A DNA stretch of 64,000 nucleotides from an uncultured cyanobacterium (GCA_963718615.1 OY970368.1:4736001-4800000); one strand, 5' to 3'; positions 30,970-41,626 are shown, counted from the stretch's first letter. Numbers and translations: made by a program. The notes: a model not told the origin generated them from the sequence alone.

Positions 30970-32676
30970 CTAGCGCTGAATTCCGGGGATACCGCCCATG
31001 ACGATGCCTTCCTGGAAGACTGCGTATTGGTCTAGATCGCTGATCTGGGGCACGGGAAACTCCCCTAAAACCCGCCAGAGGACGGTGGACGTTCCATTTG
31101 AGCGTTCGTCGATGGGCTGAAACAGGACCAGCAGATCTTTTCCGGGCATGGCGAGGGTTTGGTCGAGGTTGCGGCGATCGCCATAGGACAGCGGTTTGCC
31201 CTGGGCGATCGCCTCCGGCACCGCAAACTGAATCGTGCGCAGTAGATAGGTATGACCCACCTGCACCGTGGATTGGGGCGACAGCAGCGTGGGCAAATTA
31301 TTCGGACCGGCTTTGGCACTGAGGAAGCGGCGGCGATCGGCCATCAAGGGTTCGAGCTTGTCCGGGACTCGGTAGTTGAGGAAAAACTCCCGCAGATCCG
31401 GGCGTAGATTGAGCTGATCCGCTGGCAGTCCGGCGCTGATGGCATTGAGGTCAGGTGGCTTGATCGGGCCGAGATCGAGCATAAAGCCGTAATCCAGTCC
31501 CGAAGTCATCAGCCGAAACTGCTCATGGTCGATTTGCATCGCCAGCCGGGGGCGAAACGAAGTCTCCTCCAGGGAAACAAAGGGATAGCGCAGTGTATCC
31601 GAGGGAGCCAGCCGCCCTTGCAGTTCACGACTCAGATCGGGTAGGGGGGGATCCGTGGGCTCGATCAAAATGGCGTAGGGATGCAGCTCACCGGGGGTCG
31701 GAGCAAGACGATTGCGCAGTTGATTGGGGTCGGGCTCAAACTCCCGTCGAGTCAGGACTTGGGTAATGCCCGTGTGGGGTTGACGGAGGAAGGCTTGGTA
31801 TTGGGTGCGATCGCTCGGAGCCACATCGTAAACATTAAAGTCTGCGCTAGAGGGCGCGCTGGCGATGAGGGTGGGGGCACTAGAAAGCTGAGGGGGGTTG
31901 AAGGTTTGCGATCGCAAGGGCAATGCCCCTTGGGCCGCATCCAGTCGGGCTTCGATTTCGTCTAAAACTTGCAGCACCGCAGGCGGAGCCGTAATCGCGG
32001 GGGGAATCGGCGGCACATAATCCCCCAAGGCTGATTTCAGGGGACGACCCAGCAATCTCGGCTCGGGAGCCGGAATATCCGGGGCTTGGGCCTGGAGCGA
32101 AGGGGCCGGATCCTTCAGGCTACCTTTCTCAAACCCCGGAATGCCGCCTGCCGTCACAGTCGGTTCGCCGCTGACCAAGGGCAGCCGTTCGACCTTGGCA
32201 ATCCCAGAAAGCATATTCAGTCGGGCGAAGAGCCTGGGCTGGAGTCCCTCGAAGGTCTTGGCATTTTGGCTGAGGGTGCAGGTGATGGCATCTTGGCTGG
32301 CGATCGCGGCAATTCCCTCACCGGTAGTCCTACCGACAGCCCCACTAGCAGAAGCACACCGAGGCCGAGCAATCAAATAATTCTCGCCGATAAAGCGATT
32401 GACTTGGGTGGCGTGAATCACGATTTGGCCATCCACCGCCCGAATAGCATTGGGGTCAGGCCCGCTCATAGCCTCCCGAATCCGGCTCGCCAAGAGGCGC
32501 TGCTCCTGGATGAGCCGCTTGGCATCGGCGTAAAACCCCTCATTAACCCCCTCATTCAGGGTTTGACTCAGCCGCTGGCCGTCAACGGTTCCCGCTTGGG
32601 CTACCAGAGGCAGCATCACGGGGACTCCAGCCATCAATAGTGAAGTGCTTGCAAGCCAGAAAGAGAAGTTGCGCAT
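30970..32676 (-). CDS. Secreted hypothetical protein
   Basis: 568-aa ORF with an N-terminal signal peptide (..LVAQA) and HIP1 sites; no family recognised. Confidence 0.75.
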   Translation of the reverse strand: MRNFSFWLASTSLLMAGVPVMLPLVAQAGTVDGQRLSQTLNEGVNEGFYADAKRLIQEQRLLASRIREAMSGPDPNAIRAVDGQIVIHATQVNRFIGENYLIARPRCASASGAVGRTTGEGIAAIASQDAITCTLSQNAKTFEGLQPRLFARLNMLSGIAKVERLPLVSGEPTVTAGGIPGFEKGSLKDPAPSLQAQAPDIPAPEPRLLGRPLKSALGDYVPPIPPAITAPPAVLQVLDEIEARLDAAQGALPLRSQTFNPPQLSSAPTLIASAPSSADFNVYDVAPSDRTQYQAFLRQPHTGITQVLTRREFEPDPNQLRNRLAPTPGELHPYAILIEPTDPPLPDLSRELQGRLAPSDTLRYPFVSLEETSFRPRLAMQIDHEQFRLMTSGLDYGFMLDLGPIKPPDLNAISAGLPADQLNLRPDLREFFLNYRVPDKLEPLMADRRRFLSAKAGPNNLPTLLSPQSTVQVGHTYLLRTIQFAVPEAIAQGKPLSYGDRRNLDQTLAMPGKDLLVLFQPIDERSNGTSTVLWRVLGEFPVPQISDLDQYAVFQEGIVMGGIPGIQR

Positions 32677-32939
32677 AATTCAATCGTCCTGAGTTCAATC
32701 GATGCAGCATGCTCATCACCCGACTAAACCCATCGGGTAGGCACCCTGAGACCTCCGTATTGACCGAAGGTTCATGTTTCCGATTATGCCTCTGCGCTCA
32801 GAAAATTGAGATCAGATCCTGAAGGCTGCGGAGACTCTTTACATTGTGGACGAAAATTTGGCTACGCCATCCTCCGTAGGCCTACAAATCCTTCATAGTT
32901 TTGAGTCTCCCTAGTTTGAATCCCTGATTGGCATCTCCC

Positions 32940-34748
32940 CTAAAACTCCACCCGAGAGTCTTCCGCATCGCTGCCCGGTCGCATCATTTGGGGTGGGCGA
33001 CGTTTGCTGAGCTGCTTGAGCCAAAAACCACCGAGGACGGCGATCGCCAAAGCCACAAACCCCGTCATCGATTTCAACAGCAGGAATCCGCCCACCGCAA
33101 ACATCGAGCCAAACAGCAGCAGACTCGCCGCCACCACCCGCTGGAGATCGAGGCCCAAATCCTGAATCGGCAGCAGTCCCGTGCGCAACTGCTGTCGCCG
33201 CCAGCCGGGACCGCCGGGCCGAACTTTGGTGTAAAAGGCATCGAGAGTTGCGTCTGATTCGGGGGGGGTCAGGACCATGGTGATCACCCAAATGACGCTG
33301 GTGATTGCAGCGGTGACGAGCAACCGCAGGCCAAAGTCCTCGATTTTAAGCACCGGCACCACGCTGGTAAACAGACCAATGACAAACCCCGCCAGCATCG
33401 ACGAGAGCTCCGCCGCCGCATTGATCCGCCACCAGAACCAGCGCAAAATCAGCACCAGCCCTGGTCCAGTGCCAATGGCGATCATCAGCCGAAACACCGT
33501 CGCCACATCCTCTGAGAAAAACGCCGCCGCCGCGCCCAAAATGGTAATCACAACCGACGCCACCCGTCCTGAAAACACGAGCTGCGCCTGACTGGCATTG
33601 GGATTGATAAACCGGCCATAGAGATCATTGGTGAGATAGGATGCGCCCCAGTTGATTAGCGTTGAGACCGTGCTCATGAACGCCGCCAACAGCGATGCCA
33701 CAACCAATCCCAGCATGGCCGGGGGCAAAAAGTCGAGCATGAGTTTGGGGTAGCCCAATTCTCGATCTTCCAGGTCTGGATAGAGCGCCACTGCGGCTAG
33801 GGCGACGATCACCCAGGGCCAAGTGCGGACCACATAATGCAAAATGTTGAAAAACCAGGCAGACTTTTCCGCTTCGGCCTCATCTTTGGATGCCGCCAAT
33901 CGCTGGATAAATTCGCCGCCCCCGTCGCTGCGTCGAAAGGCCCACCATTGCAAAAACACATACCCAAAGAAGGTGCTCGCTGTAATCCCCGCCGCTTCGC
34001 TCCAGCGGAACCTCCCTGCATCGAACTGAATGGGGACAAAACTGAGTAAGTCGGTATCGGTGGCGTTGTTGGCCAATTCGAGCAAGTTGCTCATACTACC
34101 AAAATGACTGACGGCGGCGATCGCCACCACAATCGCCCCAAACAACGCTAGAAAAAACTGAAAGAAATCCGTGGCGACCACGCCCCACAGCCCGGAAAAC
34201 CCAGCATAGAGCAAGACAAAAAAGCTAACGCCCACGACGCTCCAGAGCTTGAGATTGCCATCCCCTGGATCGACGCCCAGACTTTGCCACAGTTGTAAAG
34301 CATCGACGACCTTGACCATGGCGAGCATGGCATAGCCAATGCCGATACAATTGATTGGCACCGCGAACAAAAAGGCTTTAATCCCCCGCAGGGCCGCTGC
34401 CATCCGACCGCCGTAGCGCATTTCAGTGAGTTCCGCGTCGGTAATGATTTCGGAGCGTCGCCACATGCGCGCGAACACATAGATCATCACCACATGGGCG
34501 ATGCCAAAACTCCACCATTCCCAGTTGCCTGCGATACCGCGATTACCGACGACACCGGCCACGTAAAGGGGAGTATCAATGGAAAATGTGGTTGCGGCCA
34601 TACTGGTGCCTGCGAGCCACCAGGGGAGCGATCGCCCAGAAACAAAGAAATCAACCAGACCCCCGGAGGCTTTGCGAGACAGATAAACCCCGAGGACTAG
34701 GGTGAAGGCAAGATACGCCACCACAATGACCCAGTCAATGGTTTGCAT
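32940..34748 (-). CDS. Sodium:solute symporter family protein
   Basis: FFVSGRSLPWWLAGTSMAATTF, LLAAFMSTVST..NWGASYL.ND.Y; multiple TM helices. Confidence 0.92.
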   Translation of the reverse strand: MQTIDWVIVVAYLAFTLVLGVYLSRKASGGLVDFFVSGRSLPWWLAGTSMAATTFSIDTPLYVAGVVGNRGIAGNWEWWSFGIAHVVMIYVFARMWRRSEIITDAELTEMRYGGRMAAALRGIKAFLFAVPINCIGIGYAMLAMVKVVDALQLWQSLGVDPGDGNLKLWSVVGVSFFVLLYAGFSGLWGVVATDFFQFFLALFGAIVVAIAAVSHFGSMSNLLELANNATDTDLLSFVPIQFDAGRFRWSEAAGITASTFFGYVFLQWWAFRRSDGGGEFIQRLAASKDEAEAEKSAWFFNILHYVVRTWPWVIVALAAVALYPDLEDRELGYPKLMLDFLPPAMLGLVVASLLAAFMSTVSTLINWGASYLTNDLYGRFINPNASQAQLVFSGRVASVVITILGAAAAFFSEDVATVFRLMIAIGTGPGLVLILRWFWWRINAAAELSSMLAGFVIGLFTSVVPVLKIEDFGLRLLVTAAITSVIWVITMVLTPPESDATLDAFYTKVRPGGPGWRRQQLRTGLLPIQDLGLDLQRVVAASLLLFGSMFAVGGFLLLKSMTGFVALAIAVLGGFWLKQLSKRRPPQMMRPGSDAEDSRVEF

Positions 34749-34821
34749 GGAAGAGACCTACTAGAATGCACGGGCTGACCCAATGGCCCGCCTGTTGGGT
34801 CATATCTTCCCATAGACCGCC

Positions 34822-36072
34822 CTAGCCGTAGTAAAATCCTTGAGCCAAAATATCTAAGACATCTAGGGTTTCAGAGAAACCTTCAACGATCGCGACTAAA
34901 TCACCCGATGTTGTAGAAATCCTGAGACTGCCGCCTAGCACCTGCTGCTGATAATTTGTTGGTTGTCCAGCAAGGGTAATATAGTCATCTTCAATGTCAA
35001 AGTTTCGAATCAGCGCATAACCTTGATTACCATCACCAACATAGAACTGCTGGCCATTCGTAAAATTACCAATAATAAAGTCATCTGCGCCGTTAGTACC
35101 AATTAAAACATCCAGCTCATTAATACCAAGGCTATCAGTTGAGAAGGTTTCAGCATCAAGGTTTAAGTCCCGCACAGAAACCCCCAAAATACTGGTAGAG
35201 CCGAACAGAAAGGAATTATCCTTTTCATCTTTTCGAAAAGCCCGAACGACATCACTGCCGCTAGTTCCCGTAAAGAAGACTAGCCGTTGATCTTCAAATT
35301 GCCCAAAACGTAAGTAATGTTGTGTCCCAGAAGTGAAGAGACCCGCTTGAATCGCCTGCGTAACATCAGGCTCAAATATCCGATAAAGCTGTTCATCAAA
35401 ACTTGTTCCAGATCGCCCTTCAGCTTCACCAAAACGAGCATAGTGCTCTAAGCCTGATCTGAAAACACCCACAGCAACGGCGTTAGTAACATCTGGATTG
35501 TCTCGTAAATAGAACCCTTCATCGAAAAGAGCTGCCCCTGTGCGCTTTTCATTGAGGCCAAACTGCAAAAAATGTTGTAATCCTGAGTTAAAAGCATTCG
35601 CAGCAACGGCATTCGCGACATCTGGATATTTGTTAATATAGTATTCTTCGTTGTACAGGGCTTCGTAGCGATTCTCTTGTGAACTACTCGGTAACACAAA
35701 AGTAAGGAAATGCTCAAATCCAGACTTCAGGAAACCGGAATTGACCGCATTGGCAACATCGGGGTTAGCCTGTAGGTAAGCTTGTTCGTTATATAAGCCA
35801 TAGGCTCCCAGACGTCCCTCAGCTTCACCAAACTGAATAAAATGCTGTAATCCAGAACTGAATCCACCTGCTGCGACACTCCCTGCAACATCGGGATTCG
35901 CTTGAAGATAAAGAGACTCGCTGTAGACAGAAGAAATAGAGGTGCGGCCTTCAAAAATACCGAAACTTTGGAAGTGGGATAAACCAGATGGAAACAGGCC
36001 TTGTGCAACAGCCTGAGCTACATCAGGGTTATTAAATAGATAATACGCTTCATCAAAAACACTCAATGACAT
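34822..36072 (-). CDS. Probable secreted/surface repeat protein (six ~42-aa 'YL..NPDVA.AV..G.F.SG..HF..FG..EGR' repeats plus an RTX-like C-terminus)
   Basis: Repeats visible in the translation; C-terminal GTSGSD and DVLIGTNGADDF motifs; AT-richer DNA with no HIP1. Confidence 0.8.
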   Translation of the reverse strand: MSLSVFDEAYYLFNNPDVAQAVAQGLFPSGLSHFQSFGIFEGRTSISSVYSESLYLQANPDVAGSVAAGGFSSGLQHFIQFGEAEGRLGAYGLYNEQAYLQANPDVANAVNSGFLKSGFEHFLTFVLPSSSQENRYEALYNEEYYINKYPDVANAVAANAFNSGLQHFLQFGLNEKRTGAALFDEGFYLRDNPDVTNAVAVGVFRSGLEHYARFGEAEGRSGTSFDEQLYRIFEPDVTQAIQAGLFTSGTQHYLRFGQFEDQRLVFFTGTSGSDVVRAFRKDEKDNSFLFGSTSILGVSVRDLNLDAETFSTDSLGINELDVLIGTNGADDFIIGNFTNGQQFYVGDGNQGYALIRNFDIEDDYITLAGQPTNYQQQVLGGSLRISTTSGDLVAIVEGFSETLDVLDILAQGFYYG

Positions 36073-36175
36073 AGCCGTGTTGTCTCACCTTGCTTTCTTG
36101 TTATTATACGTATACGTCGCACTCCTTGCTACCCTCTCATCATGATATCTTCGTAGTCCATGGTTTGTGAGCATC

Positions 36176-37165
36176 ATGATGGTCTACTTTATTGGGTTAT
36201 ACCTGGGCTTTTTGCTGATGTGGCTGTTCTGCCGCGCCCTTTGGTTTGATCAATTTTGGTGGCTGGCCCTGCTCAACACAGGCGCATTTTTTCTGCTGTT
36301 GCCGATGGCGATCGCCTTCCCCCTGCTCCTTTAGCAACGCCGTTGGCGACTGCTAGCGGGGTTTGCCATTCCTCTGGCTTTTGCCATCCATCAGTACCTG
36401 CCGCTTTTTCTACCTCAACTCATGCCATCAGTTGCCAGGGGTATTCCCCTGCGAGTGATGACGTTCAATGTGCTGTGGGATAACCAGGACTATGAGGCGA
36501 TCGCCCAGGCCATCCGGAGCACAAACCCCGATGTCATTGGTTTCCAAGAACTTCGCCCGGAGCATCTCCCGGCCCTACAAGCCCAGCTTGGCCAGAATTA
36601 CCCCTATAGCATGGTTCATCCCAATCCCGATTTTCATACCGTGGGTGTGCTGAGCCGCTATCCGCTCAGCCTCGTTAAACCTTTGGCTAATCCGCCTACA
36701 GAGAGAGGGTTGCAAATGCATCTGAAAATGCAGGGACGATCGCTTTCGCTCCTGATCACCCACCTCGCGCCCAATAATATGTTGAGTTTTAGCCCACGCG
36801 AGTGGCTACCGTTGACGCGCCAACGCTATGCCCAGCGGATGGCTCAAGTGAAGGAAATCCAGGCGATCGCCCGTGAAGCAACTGAGCCCATGCTGATGTT
36901 ATGTGACTGCAATATGACCGATACCTCGCAAACCTATGGGGAACTTCGGCGAGTGTTTCACGATAGCTTTTGGGCTGTGGGCTGGGCCTTGGGGCATACC
37001 CTCTTGGGTAGAGTGCTACCGCCGTTGCAGCGGATTGATTATGTTTGGTATGGGGATTCTGTGGGAAGGTAGGGAGGCGATCGCCTACGTCCCGTTCGAG
37101 CCAGAGTGGGTCCGGAAGGCGGGTCCGATCATCTGCCGCTAGTTGTCGACTTTTGGGTGGGTTAA
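36176..37165 (+). pseudogene. Membrane-anchored endonuclease/exonuclease/phosphatase (EEP) gene with two in-frame TAG codons
   Basis: Single frame from ATG 36176 to TAA 37165; TAG at 36332-34 and 37070-72; motifs VMTFNV, DVIGFQE, CDCN, RIDYVW, with GSDHLP lying after the second stop. Confidence 0.85.
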
Positions 37166-37231
37166 GGCGGATGTCGAGTGGATCGCCCATACCAGACCTC
37201 GTTTAGTGACGATGATTATAGCCAGTCCCGA

Positions 37232-37380
37232 TTAGAGTGCTTCGGTAATTCGTTGTGCGGCTTGTTCGATCAGGAGTTTGTTTTGTTGGCAGAGGGCGAT
37301 CGCGAGTTCGATGCGCAGGTTGGGCCAAGTAATCAAACAAATTTCTCAATGCTTTCAGGTGCTGATATTGCTGTAGCCAT
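37232..37380 (-). pseudogene. Possible frameshifted UPF0175-family antitoxin-like remnant
   Basis: MATAISAPESIEKF then, in another frame, LRIELAIALCQQNKLLIEQAAQ, resembling the LRLELAIALYxxxKLSLGQAA pattern. Confidence 0.4.
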
Positions 37381-37706
37381 GGTTTAATTTATTCTTCAAA
37401 TATTCAACAGTGTGAATGTTTAGCATTGACAGATCAAGCTGTGTTTAGAGAGAAAATTATTCTCTAAACTACAAGAATAAGTAGATCGACCTTGACTTTT
37501 ACTTTCTTAGTAAACCTTTATATTGCCTATAGAATGACCTTCAGTATGTGGCCATTTCTCATCCCAACTCAAATACTTGCCATCTTTGCTCCATATAAAC
37601 GACATATAGCCATGCCCTTAAATTACTGAAAGTTCCTGACTAACCTTCCAAAGTTTTGGCGTTACGCTCATAGATGCACCTACACTTTGAAAAGAAGCAG
37701 TACACT

Positions 37707-37997
37707 ATGCGTCTCAGTCTCTTGCTGATTACAGCTGTCCTCCCCGGTCTTGCAGCGATGCTCGTCAGCGGTTATTGGGTGTTGATCGATTGGACAGCCC
37801 TAGACCAAGCCCACGATCGCCTCGACCAACTCGCCCAAGCCCCCAACCGCCCCCTCGAAGACCTCCTCATTGCCCAATCCTCCGAAAACCGCCACCGCAT
37901 CAACTGCTTTGCCGAAGGCGTCGGAGTTTTGCTGGGCGGCATTTGGATGAGCTTAGGAATCCATGGCATCTGCACCCTACCTCGGAAACCGCACTAA
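37707..37997 (+). CDS. Small two-TM hypothetical membrane protein
   Basis: Two hydrophobic segments; ENRHRINCFAEGVGVLLG. Confidence 0.7.
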   Translation: MRLSLLLITAVLPGLAAMLVSGYWVLIDWTALDQAHDRLDQLAQAPNRPLEDLLIAQSSENRHRINCFAEGVGVLLGGIWMSLGIHGICTLPRKPH

Positions 37998-38233
37998 CCC
38001 TTGGAGAAAGCCCTAGTCTGAAAAAGCTCTCGGGAGAGCCAGTCTGTCCTTCACGTCGAACTCACACCAACCTCAATTCGTGGTAAAGCTTCCGTAGATC
38101 TTCGAAGACGGTAGTGATAAAATCCAAAACCTCTCTAAGATAGACTTTAGCCTTAAATTTAATCAAGGTTGTACGCAACGTACTATTCAATGCGCCTATA
38201 CATGCGCCTATTTGATCAAAGGAGGATTGATCC

Positions 38234-39484
38234 TTGAGTCGTAAGTACTATTTCACCTCGGAATCCGTTACAGAGGGGCATCCCGATAAGATCTGTGATC
38301 AAATCTCGGATGCGATTCTTGATGCGCTGCTGGAGCAGGATCCGGCAAGCCGCGTAGCTGCTGAAGTCGTGGTGAACACTGGTTTGGTTCTGATTACCGG
38401 TGAAATTACTTCTAAAGCACAGGTTAACTATATTGACCTTGCGCGTAAGAAAATTACAGAAATTGGTTATGTCGGCGCAGACGGTGGCTTTGCCGCCAAT
38501 AGCTGCTCGGTTCTGATTGCCCTAGATGAGCAGTCCCCTGATATTGCCCAAGGTGTCAACAGCGCCCAGGAGCAGCGCCTCAAGTCCGACGACGAGTTGG
38601 ATGAAGTGGGTGCCGGGGACCAGGGCATTATGTTTGGCTTTGCCTGCAACGAGACCCCGGAACTGATGCCCCTGCCCATCAGCTTGGCCCACCGCATTTC
38701 CCGGCGGCTGGCTGCCGTGCGCAAGACCGGTGAACTGGGCTATCTGCGCCCCGATGGCAAGACCCAGGTGACGATCGCCTACGAAGATGACAAGCCCGTC
38801 AGCGTTGATACGATCCTGATTTCGACCCAGCATGCGCCCACCATTGGCGAAATTTCCGAGGAAGCGGCGGTGCGCGATCGCATCCAGCAGGATCTCTGGG
38901 AAAAGGTCGTTCAGCCGATCTTTGCAGACCTCGACATCAAACCCGACGACGCCACCAAATTCCTGGTTAACCCCACGGGCAAATTCGTCGTGGGCGGTCC
39001 CCAGGGCGATGCCGGGTTGACCGGGCGGAAGATCATCGTCGATACCTACGGCGGCTACTCTCGCCACGGTGGCGGTGCCTTCTCCGGAAAGGATCCCACC
39101 AAGGTGGACCGCAGTGCGGCCTATGCTTGTCGCTATGTGGCCAAGAACATCGTCGCTGCCGGTCTAGCGGAGAAGTGCGAAGTTCAGCTCAGTTACGCCA
39201 TCGGCGTCGCTCGGCCTACGAGCGTATTTGTGGAAACCTTCGGCACCGGAAAAGTCTCCGACGGCGAGCTGCTGGAACTGGTGAAGGCCAACTTTGAACT
39301 GCGTCCAGCGGGAATTATCCAAACCTTCAATCTGCGGGGTCTGCCCTCAGAGCGAGGCGGTCGGTTCTTCCAGGACACGGCAGCCTATGGTCACTTTGGT
39401 CGGACAGATCTGGAGTTGCCTTGGGAAGCGACCGATAAAGTCGAAACGCTGAAAGCCGCGCTGACCGCCACAGCAACGGTCTAA
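38234..39484 (+). CDS. metK: S-adenosylmethionine synthetase
   Basis: [35 protein letters not shown]; AGGAGG RBS before a TTG start. Confidence 0.99.
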   Translation: MSRKYYFTSESVTEGHPDKICDQISDAILDALLEQDPASRVAAEVVVNTGLVLITGEITSKAQVNYIDLARKKITEIGYVGADGGFAANSCSVLIALDEQSPDIAQGVNSAQEQRLKSDDELDEVGAGDQGIMFGFACNETPELMPLPISLAHRISRRLAAVRKTGELGYLRPDGKTQVTIAYEDDKPVSVDTILISTQHAPTIGEISEEAAVRDRIQQDLWEKVVQPIFADLDIKPDDATKFLVNPTGKFVVGGPQGDAGLTGRKIIVDTYGGYSRHGGGAFSGKDPTKVDRSAAYACRYVAKNIVAAGLAEKCEVQLSYAIGVARPTSVFVETFGTGKVSDGELLELVKANFELRPAGIIQTFNLRGLPSERGGRFFQDTAAYGHFGRTDLELPWEATDKVETLKAALTATATV

Positions 39485-39509
39485 TTACGCCAATTTCAGT
39501 CCACAAACC

Positions 39510-39533
39510 GTAGGGGCGTGCATTCCACGCCCT
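39510..39533. repeat. Degenerate REP-like GTAG hairpin after metK
   Basis: GTAG-GGGCGTG-CATTC-CACGCCC-T. Confidence 0.6.
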
Positions 39534-39578
39534 CAATGTTTATAGCGGTTTATCGGGTGATCATCAGTTGGGATTTAT

Positions 39579-40889
39579 ATGGTGATAGGTTGGGGTGAGC
39601 GACGCGCCCCTGCATTAGGCATTGATTTTGGAACCTCCGGAGCGCGAGCGATCGCCATCAACGCCGCAGGTTCCATTTTGTTTGAATATAGAATTTCCTT
39701 TGGCCAGACCTCCAGCCAGACAATCCAGTGGCAAGACGTTTTATTTGAGTTACTCACCCATTTGCCTCGAACCCTCGCCCCATCCCTTCAGGCGATTGCC
39801 ATCAACGGGACTTCGGGAACGGTTTTGTTGTGCGATCGCGCCGGAAGACCCCAGGTTGAACCGCTCCTCTACAATGATGATCGAGGCAGAGCAATGCTGG
39901 AGCAACTGAGAGCCATTGCGCCTGAACGCCATCCGGTGATCAGCGCTACCTCTAGCTTCGCGAAGCTCCTCTGGTGGCAACGGGAATTGCATTGGCGGTC
40001 ACCGCCTGTCAATTGGACACTTTTGCACCAGGCGGATTGGTTAGCATTTTTGCTCCATGGGCAGCTTGGGGTTTCCGATTATCATAATGCGCTAAAGCTT
40101 GGATATGATCCTGGGGCGTTGGCCTATCCAGACTGGTTGTTGCAGACAGAACTCGCACCGCTTTTCCCTCGGGTCGTAGCTCCGGGAACAGTCATCGGGT
40201 CAGTGACGGAGGCCATTGCTCAACGGTTTCAGATCAATCCCCATTGCGTCGTTTGTGCCGGAACCACGGACAGCATTGCAGCCTTTTTAGCCAGTGGTGT
40301 TGAGCAACCCGGAGAAGCCGTCACCTCCTTGGGCTCGACGCTAGTTTTAAAGCTCTTGAGTGAAACGAGAGTTGATGATGCAACTTTTGGGATTTATAGC
40401 CATCGATTGGATAGTCATCGCTTAGGAAGCCGCTGGCTGGTAGGTGGGGCTTCGAATACAGGAGGCGCGGTGTTGCGGCAGTTTTTTGGGGATGAGGCAT
40501 TGCGGCGGCTGAGTGGGCGGATCGATCCGGGAGCGCGATCGCCCTTGGACTATTACCCGCTGCTCCAACCCGGCGAACGCTTCCCCTTCGCAGACCCCCA
40601 GCTCCAACCTCGGCTAACCCCGCGTCCTGCTGACGAGGTTCAGTTTCTCCATGGATTGTTGGAGAGCATGGCTCGGATTGAGGCTCAGGGCTACGGACGA
40701 TTGCAAGACTTGGGGGCAACACCGTTGCGGCGCGTACGGACAGCAGGGGGCGGTGCGCAAAATCAGGCTTGGACCGCCATTCGTCAGCGGGTGCTAGGGG
40801 TTCCCGTAGAAACTGCGCCGCAACTGGAGGCGGCCTATGGGACGGCGAGGTTGGCCTCGCAGAGCGCGATCGGCAATCTCAAGCAATAA
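39579..40889 (+). CDS. FGGY-family carbohydrate kinase (D-ribulose kinase-like)
   Basis: GIDFGTSGAR, GTTDSIAAF, GGASNTGG, TAGGGAQN. Confidence 0.9.
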   Translation: MVIGWGERRAPALGIDFGTSGARAIAINAAGSILFEYRISFGQTSSQTIQWQDVLFELLTHLPRTLAPSLQAIAINGTSGTVLLCDRAGRPQVEPLLYNDDRGRAMLEQLRAIAPERHPVISATSSFAKLLWWQRELHWRSPPVNWTLLHQADWLAFLLHGQLGVSDYHNALKLGYDPGALAYPDWLLQTELAPLFPRVVAPGTVIGSVTEAIAQRFQINPHCVVCAGTTDSIAAFLASGVEQPGEAVTSLGSTLVLKLLSETRVDDATFGIYSHRLDSHRLGSRWLVGGASNTGGAVLRQFFGDEALRRLSGRIDPGARSPLDYYPLLQPGERFPFADPQLQPRLTPRPADEVQFLHGLLESMARIEAQGYGRLQDLGATPLRRVRTAGGGAQNQAWTAIRQRVLGVPVETAPQLEAAYGTARLASQSAIGNLKQ

Positions 40890-41030
40890 TCTCAAACCAG
40901 CGTGACGCTTCCTGCCGAGGGAGTGCATTAGATTAGATTAGATTTGTTTCGGTTTGGTATCGTTCGGGCCAAGTCCGGGAGGCACAATGATAGGCTGACA
41001 GAATCATCGGTAGAGAAAAGGGGCGATCGC

Positions 41031-41162
41031 ATGTCCAACCCAACCGTGCAAATTCTTCGCAATATTCTCAATGTCTCGATTACGATCCTGTTGTTGTTAT
41101 TTATCTCCGTGAATCTTTTCACCCTAGGTCGGATAGGTCTAGAAAAATTGGCCGGGATGTAG
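41031..41162 (+). CDS. Putative 43-aa single-TM small protein
   Basis: MSNPTVQILRNILNVSITILLLLFISVNLFTLGRIGLEKLAGM; purine-rich sequence before the ATG; co-oriented with its neighbours. Confidence 0.55.
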   Translation: MSNPTVQILRNILNVSITILLLLFISVNLFTLGRIGLEKLAGM

Positions 41163-41226
41163 AGCACAGAGGGAGAGCGCAACGAAATCTCAACCGTAAA
41201 TGAGCAACGGAAGCTAGCGAAAACCC

Positions 41227-41502
41227 ATGTCTGAACCCATTACCGCAGCAGTGAGCGATCGCATCTGCAAGCACATGAACAATGACCATGCCGAGGCGAT
41301 CGTCATGTACGCTGAGGTCTACGGCCACCAAACCAACGTCTCCGCAGCTCGGATGCTCAAGATCGACCATGAGGGCATGGATCTCTTGGCCCAGGTCGAT
41401 GGCGAAGAAAAGCCCGTGCGCGTCGCCTTTAAGCGGCCCCTCGCTGACGCCAAAGAGGCCCACGTTGTCCTCGTCGAAATGCTCAAGCAAGGTCGGACCT
41501 AG
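41227..41502 (+). CDS. DUF2470-domain protein
   Basis: MSEPITAAVSDRICKHMNNDHAEA...AHVVLVEM. Confidence 0.88.
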   Translation: MSEPITAAVSDRICKHMNNDHAEAIVMYAEVYGHQTNVSAARMLKIDHEGMDLLAQVDGEEKPVRVAFKRPLADAKEAHVVLVEMLKQGRT

Positions 41503-41626
41503 GTCGAGCCTAGATTTGGAACTAGGTCGGTCCTAACCCGCAGGTGGTTTCTCGTCGGTTTATGCCACAATGGCGCGGGGGTGTTCATCCTTGGCGCAAT
41601 AACGACTTAATCGAGAGAAAACGGCA

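Noticed and set aside
36332-37072. Genome-wide TAG recoding
   Set aside because: TAG ends many intact genes here (pheS, thrC, mreD, tolC)
38000-38233. SAM riboswitch upstream of metK
   Set aside because: No SAM-I/II/V consensus seen; only a 10-bp direct repeat, and the GTA-N7-TAC spacing does not fit NtcA (N8)
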